A DNA stretch of 58,991 nt from contig JAQVIY010000004.1 in assembly GCA_028695415.1 (NCBI GenBank), forward strand, positions 1 to 58,991, written 5' to 3'. Positions 27,984 through 37,329 of this stretch are shown in pieces (positions within the stretch are counted from its first letter, which is position 1; every line of letters starts with the position of its first letter). The position numbers were made by a program, and so were the translations under genes. A model generated the notes under the pieces. That model saw nothing but the letters and a program-made list of their open reading frames with translations, did not search any database and was not told the origin of the DNA. Source of the stretch: Minisyncoccota bacterium (GTDB lineage: Bacteria; Patescibacteriota; Minisyncoccia; Phycocordibacterales; Phycocordibacteraceae).

Positions 27984-28733
27984 ATGGAAGACATGGTAAA
28001 GAAGCTTCAGAAGCTTGGTTTTAAAGACAAAGAGGCAGATGTGTATCTGGCCGTGCTCCAGCTTGGAGAAGCGACCGTCTCAGATATCGCGCGCGAAGCA
28101 AAAATGAAACGTACGACCGTGTATGAATATCTCGATACCCTTCTCACGGAGGGTCTCGTGTCTAAGACAGCTCACAAGAAAAGAACATTGTATGTCCCCG
28201 AGCATCCGAAGAAAATCCTCCGTAACTTCGGCAAACGGGAGGCTCTGATTAGGAAAGAGAAGGAAGCAGCAGAAGAATTCCTCCCTGAACTTGAGTCCTT
28301 ATACGGATTCGCCTCTTCACATCCTGCAGTAAAATTCTATGAGGGACGCTCCGGATTGCTTGAAGTCTATCGACAGATTGCTGAGACGCATACTGTTGTC
28401 TACTCGTTCTTTACTCCGAAGAAATTCTACGAAACGTTCTCTCATGAACAGAATGACGCTCTTCTCATGCGACTCCGCGAGAATGGGGCGCAGCTCCATA
28501 ACCTCATTGAGCACTCCGAGGCAGCAAAAGAACGACTTAGGCTTAAGAAGTACGATGATTTCGTGAAGAATAAGGTCCTTCCTAAAGATTTTCACTTTGA
28601 AACCGATCTGGTCATATACGGGGACACGATTGCCCTCATTTCATATCGCAAGATGATTGCCGTTCTCGTCCACGATCAGGCTATTGCGGATCTTCAGAGA
28701 AACATCTTCAAACTGATCTGGCAGAGCTTATAA
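27984..28733 (+). CDS. TrmB-family (winged-helix) transcriptional regulator
   Basis: LGFKDKEADVYLAVLQLGEATVSDIAREAKMKRTTVYEYLDTLLTEGLV N-terminal wHTH; about 170-aa C-terminal domain. Confidence 0.7.
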   Translation: MEDMVKKLQKLGFKDKEADVYLAVLQLGEATVSDIAREAKMKRTTVYEYLDTLLTEGLVSKTAHKKRTLYVPEHPKKILRNFGKREALIRKEKEAAEEFLPELESLYGFASSHPAVKFYEGRSGLLEVYRQIAETHTVVYSFFTPKKFYETFSHEQNDALLMRLRENGAQLHNLIEHSEAAKERLRLKKYDDFVKNKVLPKDFHFETDLVIYGDTIALISYRKMIAVLVHDQAIADLQRNIFKLIWQSL

Positions 28734-28754
28734 AAATCGGGGCAAAATATGCAA

Positions 28755-28793
28755 GAAACACACAACCGCCCTTGCGGGCGGTTGTGTGTTTCT
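28755..28793. terminator. bidirectional terminator (TrmB gene / rpsJ)
   Basis: acacacaaccgccc ttgc gggcggttgtgtgt with flanking A and T tracts. Confidence 0.7.
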
Positions 28794-28933
28794 TGGCTAT
28801 CTTCTTCGGTCGCGGTTTCAAAAGTGCCGCAGATGCGAGGCGCAGGAGCAGAATTTCTGGAGACGTACTAGGACGTACGGCGGAAGAAATTTTGCGAACT
28901 GCAACGATGCAGATGTGGTGCTTTTGGAAGCGC

Positions 28934-29314
28934 TTACACCATTTTTACGTCAATGGTGACGCCCGAGGGGAGATTGAGGTTCGTGAGGGCCTCGATCACC
29001 TTGGGCGACGGGTTCAGAATGTCGATGAGACGCTTATGGATACGCATCTCGAACTGCTCGCGCGCGTCCTTGTGGACGAACGTCGAGCGGTTGACCGTCC
29101 AGCGCTTGATTTCGGTCGGGAGCGGCACGGGGCCGACCACGACTGCGTCGAAGCGGGCAGCAGTATCCATAATCTGCTTCACCGAGAGATCGAGGATCTT
29201 GTGCTCATAGGCACGGACGCGAATACGGAGCTTATGCTCAGTCGCCGAAGCGGCAGTCGCGACCTTTTTCGGGGCACGCTTTGCTTTCGGCTTCGTTTCT
29301 GTTGCAGTTGCCAT
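28934..29314 (-). CDS. rpsJ: 30S ribosomal protein S10 with K/A-rich N-terminal extension
   Basis: LRIRVRAYEHKILD..PLPTEIKRWTVNRSTFVHKDAREQFEMRIHKRLIDI. Confidence 0.93.
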   Translation of the reverse strand: MATATETKPKAKRAPKKVATAASATEHKLRIRVRAYEHKILDLSVKQIMDTAARFDAVVVGPVPLPTEIKRWTVNRSTFVHKDAREQFEMRIHKRLIDILNPSPKVIEALTNLNLPSGVTIDVKMV

Positions 29315-29339
29315 ATGAGGGATATCGAGAAGTAAGGCT

Positions 29340-30539
<1,200 letters not shown>

Positions 30540-30737
30540 AATCGGATAATTAGCTTGATAAGTTCACGAAATAAATATCCGACGCCTGTCCTGCGTAGCT
30601 TTATGCAAAGCAGGGCGAGTCGGAAAAACACTCCAGGCTCGCAAGCAGAAACAGCCGACAAGCCAAAGAGCGACGCCAAGATGCGTTAGAAGCACTATAC
30701 GAGAGCGCCGGAAGAAATGCAACCCAGCCGAAATACA

Positions 30738-30765
30738 ACAACAGCCGCCCATGGGCGGCTGTTGT
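30738..30765 (-). terminator. hairpin terminator between fusA and tuf
   Basis: acaacagccgccc at gggcggctgttgt, then TGTATTT on the minus strand. Confidence 0.55.
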
Positions 30766-30787
30766 AACACCAATGCGGTGAATGGAA

Positions 30788-32935
30788 TTACTTGCGTGAC
30801 GCAATGATGTCAGCCGCAACGTTCTGCGGAACCACATCGTAGTGGTCGAATTCCATCGTCATCGAGCCGCGACCCTCGGTCATCGAGCGAAGCGTCGTAG
30901 TGTAGCCGAACATCTCGGAGAGCGGCACCTTTGCCTTCACTACCTTGTTCATACCGCGCTCTTCCATCCCTTCTATCTGACCGCGCTTACCCGAGAGATT
31001 GCCGGTGATGTCACCCATGAACTGCTCGGGGACGATAACCTCGACGCGCATAATAGGCTCGAGAATCACTGCCTTTGCCTTAGCGGCCGCCTCCTGGAAC
31101 GCCATAGACGCGGCGATCTTGTAGGCGATTTCTGACGAGTCGACATCGTGATACGAGCCGTCGTAGAGATCGACCGAGATATCCACCATCGGGAAGCCTG
31201 CGAGGAAGCCGCGCGACATCGCCTCACGAAGCCCCTTCTCGACCGGCGAGATGAACTCCTGCGGAATCGCGCCGCCCTTGATGTTGTTCACAAATTCGAA
31301 GTGGTCATCGCGCGTGACGTTCTTCGCCACCTTCGCCTCCGGATCCACCGGCTCCATCTTCTTCATCTTGATCTTCACATGACCGTATTGACCCTTGCCT
31401 CCGGTCTGCTTGATGTACTTCCCTTCTGCCTCGGCAGAGCCGAGGATAGTCTCGCGATACGCCACCTGCGGCTTACCCACTTCAGCGACGACATTGAACT
31501 CACGCTTCATGCGGTCGACGAGGATTTCGAGATGGAGCTCGCCCATGCCCGATATAATGGTCTCGTTCGTCTCCTCGTCAGTCTTGATACGGAAGGTCGG
31601 GTCTTCATCTGAGAGTTTACGGAGCGCGACACCCATCTTCTCCTGATCGGCTTTCGTCTTCGGCTCGATACGGAGCGACACCACCGGTTCAGGGAACTTA
31701 ATCTCTTCAAGAATGATCGGGTTCGCCTCGTCACAGAGGGTGTGCGAAGTCTTCGTGTCCTTGAGACCCACTGCGGCAGCGATTTCGCCGGTAAAGACCT
31801 GCGCAACTTCTTCGCGCTTGTCGGCCTGGAGCCGCACGATACGCCCGACGCGCTCTTTGGTGCCGGTTGTAGAGTTGTACACGTACGAACCTGCGGTGAT
31901 AGAGCCGGAGTAGACGCGGAAGAAGGTCAGAGCGCCGACGAACGGATCAGTCTGGAGCTTGAATGCCATCGCACAGAACGGCTCATCGTCTGACGCGTGC
32001 CGTTCGACTGGCTCGTTTGTCTTCGGGTTGATGCCCGTAACCGGCTTCAAATCGAGCGGCGAGGGGAGGTAGTCCACGACGGCGTCGAGCACGAGCTGGG
32101 CGCCCTTATTCTTGAGCGCAGAGCCGGTATATACGGGGAACACATCGTTGTTGATGACCGCCTTGCGCAAAATAGCCTTCAGCTCGTCGAGCGAGGGCTC
32201 CTTACCCTCGAGATAGGCGTTCATAGCCGCGTCGTCCTGTTCGACGATGCGCTCAATGAGGTCGGCGCGATACTTCTTAGCATCTTCGAGCAGATTCGTC
32301 GGTATCTCGCCCTCGATAACTTCCTCGCCCATACTGCCGGCAAAGGTATATGCCTTCATGGTAAGGAGATCGACGCAGCCCTCGTGCTGAGCCTCTTCGC
32401 CGATAGGTATCTGCATGCGAATAGCCTTCGGAGAGAGCCGATCAAGGATGCTCGCGTAGGAGCGTTCAAAAGAAGCGCCCATACGATCGAGTTTGTTGAT
32501 GAAACAGACGCGCGGCACGTTCGCCTCGTCAGCGTAGCGCCAGTTGGTCTCAGACTGCGGCTCCACACCTGCCACGCCGTCGAACACGACCACCGCGCCG
32601 TCCAAAACGCGCATCGAACGCTTCACCTCGGCGGTGAAGTCGATGTGTCCGGGGGTATCGATGATATTGAAACGGTACTTCTTAGATGTGTCCTTCTTGT
32701 CCTTCTCGCTTGTCTTGCTCCAGAAGCAGGTGATAGCGGCGGCCGTGATGGTGATGCCGCGCTCGCGCTCCTGCTCCATCCAGTCGGTGGTCGTCTCGCC
32801 CTCGTGCACCTCGCCAATCTTGTGCTGACTGCCGGTGTAGAAGAGGATGCGCTCAGACACCGTCGTCTTACCGGCGTCGATGTGGGCGATGATGCCGAAA
32901 TTGCGCACTTTCTCGAGAGGATAGTCTCTATTCAT
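30788..32935 (-). CDS. fusA: elongation factor G
   Basis: AHIDAGKTT, DTPGHIDF, domains II-V colinear. Confidence 0.97.
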   Translation of the reverse strand: MNRDYPLEKVRNFGIIAHIDAGKTTVSERILFYTGSQHKIGEVHEGETTTDWMEQERERGITITAAAITCFWSKTSEKDKKDTSKKYRFNIIDTPGHIDFTAEVKRSMRVLDGAVVVFDGVAGVEPQSETNWRYADEANVPRVCFINKLDRMGASFERSYASILDRLSPKAIRMQIPIGEEAQHEGCVDLLTMKAYTFAGSMGEEVIEGEIPTNLLEDAKKYRADLIERIVEQDDAAMNAYLEGKEPSLDELKAILRKAVINNDVFPVYTGSALKNKGAQLVLDAVVDYLPSPLDLKPVTGINPKTNEPVERHASDDEPFCAMAFKLQTDPFVGALTFFRVYSGSITAGSYVYNSTTGTKERVGRIVRLQADKREEVAQVFTGEIAAAVGLKDTKTSHTLCDEANPIILEEIKFPEPVVSLRIEPKTKADQEKMGVALRKLSDEDPTFRIKTDEETNETIISGMGELHLEILVDRMKREFNVVAEVGKPQVAYRETILGSAEAEGKYIKQTGGKGQYGHVKIKMKKMEPVDPEAKVAKNVTRDDHFEFVNNIKGGAIPQEFISPVEKGLREAMSRGFLAGFPMVDISVDLYDGSYHDVDSSEIAYKIAASMAFQEAAAKAKAVILEPIMRVEVIVPEQFMGDITGNLSGKRGQIEGMEERGMNKVVKAKVPLSEMFGYTTTLRSMTEGRGSMTMEFDHYDVVPQNVAADIIASRK

Positions 32936-32976
32936 AAAGGATTAAGAAAAATAAAAAGCGCCGTGGCGTTCTCTAG

Positions 32977-33027
32977 AGAATAGCCCAAAGCGCGGAAATT
33001 GCAAAGCGTATGCTAGCACGATACTAT
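32977..33027. promoter_or_regulatory. back-to-back divergent promoters sharing one palindromic TTGCAA -35 hexamer
   Basis: Plus strand: TTGCAA (32999-33004), 17 nt, TACTAT (33022-33027), for the 66-aa ORF. Minus strand: the same TTGCAA, 16 nt, TATTCT (32982-32977), for fusA. Confidence 0.4.
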
Positions 33028-33060
33028 CGCATACAGGTGTATCAACAAAGGAGATAAGAA

Positions 33061-33261
33061 ATGGAACCGGGTTCTTTAGCACATACGCTCGCTCGAGCAG
33101 AATACTTCCTCGGATTGTTGACCAAAACAACCGATCCGGTTTTTTGGGAAGTAAAGAAAATCGAGGAAGCTTTAGCGGCTGTCGCTCTGGCAGCCGAAAA
33201 ACATTCGCGCTATAAGAATGCTCTTGCCGCAGCCCAAGCAGCTTTTCTCAAGTCCATATAG
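33061..33261 (+). CDS. hypothetical 66-aa helical protein on the opposite strand between rpsG and fusA
   Basis: AAGGAG Shine-Dalgarno sequence 7 nt before the ATG; own promoter; terminator 13 nt after the stop. Confidence 0.5.
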   Translation: MEPGSLAHTLARAEYFLGLLTKTTDPVFWEVKKIEEALAAVALAAEKHSRYKNALAAAQAAFLKSI

Positions 33262-33273
33262 TCCGCCCAAAAC

Positions 33274-33297
33274 AAAACCCGCCTTTCGGCGGGTTTT
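33274..33297. terminator. bidirectional intrinsic terminator
   Basis: aaaa cccgcc tttc ggcggg tttt. Confidence 0.7.
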
Positions 33298-33311
33298 ATA
33301 TTCTTACAAAA

Positions 33312-33330
33312 TCACCAGGCGAAGTGGGCA
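33312..33330 (-). pseudogene. relic of a second rpsG 3' end (..YAHFAW-stop)
   Basis: 15/18 nt identical to the genuine rpsG end at 33443-33461. The differences are synonymous third positions (GCC/GCT, CAC/CAT) plus the stop codon (TGA/TAG). Confidence 0.35.
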
Positions 33331-33442
33331 TACCCATACGGGCATGCTGCATATGCTTGGTACTTTTCTTCGCTTCGCACCACAGGAGTACTTCCATTTT
33401 ACTAACGCGGATTACCGCGAAGTAAAATTGGTCGCTCGAAAA

Positions 33443-33907
33443 CTACCAAGCGAAATGGGCAAAAGCTTTGTTGGCATCCGCCATGCGATGCATCTCGTCC
33501 TTCTTCTTGATAGCGTCTCCTTCATTTTTCGCGGCGAGGAGGAGCTCGTTGGCGAGCTTCTCTGCCATCGGCTTACCCTTTTTATTGCGGGCCGCATTGA
33601 TAAGCCAGCGGAACGAGAGCGCGAGACGACGGCTCTGCGGCACCTCGCGCGGCACCTGATAGTTCGCACCGCCGACGCGTCGCGAGCGCACCTCCATAAG
33701 CGGCGAAACGTTGCGAAGTGCCGTTTCAAATGTCTCAAGCGGATTCGCACCGCCCTTTTCTATAACCGCGAGAGCGTCGTAGACGACAGCGCGTGCGGTA
33801 TCCTTCTTGCCGCTCCACATAACGGCGTTGATAAAGCGCGTAAGCGTCTCAGACCCGTACTTGAGGTCCGGTCGCCAGGTTCGCTGCTTTTTTAGTGGTC
33901 TACGCAT
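33443..33907 (-). CDS. rpsG: 30S ribosomal protein S7
   Basis: LMEVRSRRVGGANYQVP..ANKAFAHFAW; start trimmed to ATG 33907. Confidence 0.93.
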   Translation of the reverse strand: MRRPLKKQRTWRPDLKYGSETLTRFINAVMWSGKKDTARAVVYDALAVIEKGGANPLETFETALRNVSPLMEVRSRRVGGANYQVPREVPQSRRLALSFRWLINAARNKKGKPMAEKLANELLLAAKNEGDAIKKKDEMHRMADANKAFAHFAW

Positions 33908-33993
33908 CTTAGTAAGTGTTAGTGAGTCTTCGAGCGTTACACGCACTTAGATCCCGAATAATTTTTGTAATCATAAAATTAGAGGGATATTTA

Positions 33994-34401
33994 TTATTTA
34001 GGCTTCTTAGCGCCGTAGCGCGAGCGCGAGCGGCGACGCTTCTCGAGACCACTCGTGTCGAGCTTACCGCGCACGATGGTGTACTGCACGCCGATGTCCT
34101 TCACGCGGCCGCCGCGAAGCATCACCACCGAGTGTTCCTGCAGATTGTGTCCCTCACCCGGAATATAGGCGGTCACCTCCATACCATTCGTGAGGCGGAC
34201 GCGGGCAATCTTACGGATAGCAGAGTTCGGCTTTCTCGGGGTCTTGGTAGTCACCTTAGTACAGACGCCACGCTTGAAGGGCGAAGCGTAGAAGGTCGGG
34301 CGATTCTTGAGCGCGTTGAAACCGCGGCCGAGCGCGGGCTTGCTCGACTTCGACGATTTGGTCTTCCTCCCCTTCTTGGAGAGCTGGTTGATGGTAGACA
34401 T
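33994..34401 (-). CDS. rpsL: 30S ribosomal protein S12
   Basis: [36 protein letters not shown]. Confidence 0.95.
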   Translation of the reverse strand: MSTINQLSKKGRKTKSSKSSKPALGRGFNALKNRPTFYASPFKRGVCTKVTTKTPRKPNSAIRKIARVRLTNGMEVTAYIPGEGHNLQEHSVVMLRGGRVKDIGVQYTIVRGKLDTSGLEKRRRSRSRYGAKKPK

Positions 34402-34440
34402 TAGAAGATTTAGAAAGACCCGCGCTCGCGGGATAGAGGC

Positions 34441-34469
34441 ACTATATATAAGAGTGTGGGAAAACGCAA
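34441..34469 (-). promoter_or_regulatory. sigma70-like promoter for rpsL-rpsG
   Basis: Minus strand reads TTGCGT, 17 nt, TATAGT. Confidence 0.45.
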
Positions 34470-34491
34470 CTCCGACACTTGCAGAGCCAAG

Positions 34492-35469
34492 CTATTCGAT
34501 AGGTTCGCGATAGGGATCGGTTGAATAAGATTTTGACACGGGAGGAATAGCAGCAGGAGTTATGGGAGTAGGGGGAGTAGGCTTCTGCAGAGGCGATGTC
34601 TGGACTCCGACATCAGACACAGGGAACGGCGGCATAGCACCGGGAAGATTTACCGGGATTGAGGGTTCGATTTTGGGACGTGCAGGAAAAGATTGGGTTG
34701 CGGGAGACGGAGGTTGAGGTTTTTTTAGCTCTAGATGAGGCTCCTCATGATCTTCGAGCAACGTGCTCGGTTTCGGAGAAACCTGATTTCCGAAAGTTTT
34801 CGCCGTGCCCTCCGTAGCTTTTAGCGAAGGATGGGGCGATACGAACTTCGGTGGAAGCGGAGCGATATTTGAAAATGCCGGACGCGGCTGCACCACTTTC
34901 GGCTTCGCACTGAGCGCATTGCCTATCGCCTGTGCGAGCGTCGAGGGTGTCGCGACCACTGCTGGCTGCATGGCGGGCCGTACCGGCTGCGGCGTGGCTA
35001 ACGTCGGGGTAACTGACGGTTGAGTCGGGCGCGGGGCCAGTTTATTCTCGAGATGGAAGAATTTCTCCGGTACTGCTCCTTGGGCCGTCGCTGGATGAGG
35101 TGTTGCCGCCGAAGCCTGGCTACCGGCAGCCGCAGGCTGCCGCATCATTTCGTTTCGCAGAGGAACAAATATCTGTTCATTCACCTCGCGCACGATGCTA
35201 CGGATATTCTCATCCGAGATTGTCGCCTCAGTGCGAAGCGTTTGCACAAAATCATCCGGCGTCTCGACCCCGAGAAGGAGGAGCATAAGCTCACGTTCGA
35301 GCACGCCGCCTTGATCGATACGAAGACCATACTTCGTCATCATGTTCTTCGCGACCGTGGTGTACCGCCCCTGCGCAAGGTAGTTGCGAACGGCCGGCGG
35401 CAGGGTTTGCATCACTTGTTTGATGCTTTCATCAAGCGTAAGCCCCTGGTTTGATTGCGTGCTATCCAT
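34492..35469 (-). CDS. hypothetical protein: about 110-aa helical N-domain plus a long Pro/Ala/Thr-rich disordered tail
   Basis: 325 aa. Last gene of the four-gene envelope operon, 3 nt after the preceding stop. Confidence 0.6.
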   Translation of the reverse strand: MDSTQSNQGLTLDESIKQVMQTLPPAVRNYLAQGRYTTVAKNMMTKYGLRIDQGGVLERELMLLLLGVETPDDFVQTLRTEATISDENIRSIVREVNEQIFVPLRNEMMRQPAAAGSQASAATPHPATAQGAVPEKFFHLENKLAPRPTQPSVTPTLATPQPVRPAMQPAVVATPSTLAQAIGNALSAKPKVVQPRPAFSNIAPLPPKFVSPHPSLKATEGTAKTFGNQVSPKPSTLLEDHEEPHLELKKPQPPSPATQSFPARPKIEPSIPVNLPGAMPPFPVSDVGVQTSPLQKPTPPTPITPAAIPPVSKSYSTDPYREPIE

Positions 35470-35472
35470 AGA

Positions 35473-37326
35473 TTATTGTCCTTCTCCTGCGGGAGCAGGT
35501 GTGGCGGCAGCGGTAGGCGATGGGGTCTTCCCTTCATCACCGCCCGCCTTCTTAAGCGCTTTGCGTAAGGTGTCCAGTTCCTTGTCTTCAGACGATTTTT
35601 TCGCATCTTCGCGTATCTTCTTCGCTGCCTCGGTATTGGACGCGAAGTTGATGTACTTATTGAAGAAGTTTTTATCATCCGTCCACAGATTGAGCGCCTG
35701 AGCATACTTACGCTTCGCTCCCTTGTCGCCAAATTCCTCAAAGCCTTCAATTTTTTTCTCTTGAGCCTTGATTTCAGCGGCCTTCGCTTGGAATTCTTCC
35801 CGTGTTTCCGCTTCCGCTTGCGACTTCTTGAGTTTGGCGAGCTCGTTCTGGGCGATGGCGAGATTCGCCTTCTCATCATCAGTAAGATCTCTCCCTTTTA
35901 GATCAGCGGCGTACTTCGTACGCGACTCAATGCGCGCCTTGAGGTCAGCCTTGTAGCCGCCCTTTTGTGCTGCTCCTGCATCAATATTGGAGCCGAGCGG
36001 GACGTTCTTCAGCACGTTGGTGCCGCGCACATCAAAGCTTGATGCGCCGACTTTCTCCAACCCTTTCACAAGACCGGTACCCACGAGCGGAACGCGCGCA
36101 ACCGGAGTCGCACGTAGATACTTCGCGCTTCGTGTAGCAATCCATCCGCCTGAGTTGCGTCCAGCCCATGCGGTGGCACCAAACGTAGCTTTCGCGGCGG
36201 TGCGCGAAGCCCAATCGCCACCGAAGGCGGACCACTTCTTCGCGTACACGATGACGAGGAGCAGTGCCGCTATCGCAACGAGGAAGGAGAGGATGAAACC
36301 GGCGAAACCCTGGAAGTTGCCGTTCACCCACCCTACCGCGTTCGGAGTGCATGAGCGGTTCGCTGGGTCGGTCGAGACGCAAAGGCCGGTGAGGAAGTTG
36401 GCATCAGTGATTATTGCAAGCGCTATATAGAGCATGAGGAGCAGTATCGGCGCGGTGATGGTCTGCTCAAAGAGCTTTTCCCAATAATCCTTCGCCCGCG
36501 CGGCGAAGCCGGGTATCGCGAGACCGGCGAACCCGATAGGCGCGATGATGATAAGGAAAAGGAGCGCGACAAAGCGCGCGATGAGTATGAACGCGAGCGA
36601 GAACATCACAAACGCTGTCGTCAGGAAGAGAAGTATGCCCATGAAGCCGATGATCCAGGTATTACCCGCCGCAAATATTTCCTTATTTACCGGAACATTG
36701 TAGAGCGTCTGGAGCCCGAGTCGACCCATAATCGCGTTTGAGATTGGTTCGCTTGAAACCTGCCCTTTGCCGAGAGCCGTAACGCCTAAGTCAATAGAAT
36801 ATCCCGTCGGCTGAGCGGGTTTCCCCCCGTTTATCTGGGTATAAAATTGTGTCGCGAAAATATTGCCGGTATCGACTATCGCCTCGGTGATGAAGAGCGA
36901 GAAGTTGAGAAACACCGCAGCAACGAGCATCATCGGGAGCATCTTCTTGCCCGTGCCATACGAGATCTCGTCGTTCAAAATAGTGGTGATGCCCACCGCA
37001 AGGAAGCCGAATATGAGCATAATGTTCCCGATATCGCGCAAAATGCGCCAGCTCACCCCGACAGCGGAGAGCTTGTGCACGTAGTCCCCCATCGTAACGA
37101 CGGTGTAGTACACCGCGTTATCGAGCGTGATAGCCGCGACGCCGACGAGCCACGCGAAGAGGCTCATGATCCACGCCATAACCCCGCCAAACCCTGCGTC
37201 TGGATTCGCCTGGTACTGAACCGGGGTCTCGGTGCCTACGGGCGAAGCAGCCTGCGCGTGCAGTACATACGCCGGACCGAGAACGAGCGCGAGGAATATA
37301 AACGAGGATGAGAGGAACCGCCGCAT
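35473..37326 (-). CDS. polytopic membrane protein, TrbL/VirB6-like, with K/E-rich coiled-coil C-terminal tail
   Basis: Signal peptide, 7 or more TM helices, then about 200 aa of charged coiled coil. The VirB6/TrbL resemblance is topological only. Confidence 0.45.
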   Translation of the reverse strand: MRRFLSSSFIFLALVLGPAYVLHAQAASPVGTETPVQYQANPDAGFGGVMAWIMSLFAWLVGVAAITLDNAVYYTVVTMGDYVHKLSAVGVSWRILRDIGNIMLIFGFLAVGITTILNDEISYGTGKKMLPMMLVAAVFLNFSLFITEAIVDTGNIFATQFYTQINGGKPAQPTGYSIDLGVTALGKGQVSSEPISNAIMGRLGLQTLYNVPVNKEIFAAGNTWIIGFMGILLFLTTAFVMFSLAFILIARFVALLFLIIIAPIGFAGLAIPGFAARAKDYWEKLFEQTITAPILLLMLYIALAIITDANFLTGLCVSTDPANRSCTPNAVGWVNGNFQGFAGFILSFLVAIAALLLVIVYAKKWSAFGGDWASRTAAKATFGATAWAGRNSGGWIATRSAKYLRATPVARVPLVGTGLVKGLEKVGASSFDVRGTNVLKNVPLGSNIDAGAAQKGGYKADLKARIESRTKYAADLKGRDLTDDEKANLAIAQNELAKLKKSQAEAETREEFQAKAAEIKAQEKKIEGFEEFGDKGAKRKYAQALNLWTDDKNFFNKYINFASNTEAAKKIREDAKKSSEDKELDTLRKALKKAGGDEGKTPSPTAAATPAPAGEGQ

Positions 37327-37329
37327 GCT

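Noticed and set aside
31997-32983. 328-aa plus-strand ORF; same reasoning applies to 31148-31612 and 30842-31135.
   Set aside because: Antisense shadow ORFs within fusA.
33218-33895. 225-aa plus-strand ORF spanning the rpsG region.
   Set aside because: It is antisense to rpsG and runs through a terminator hairpin.
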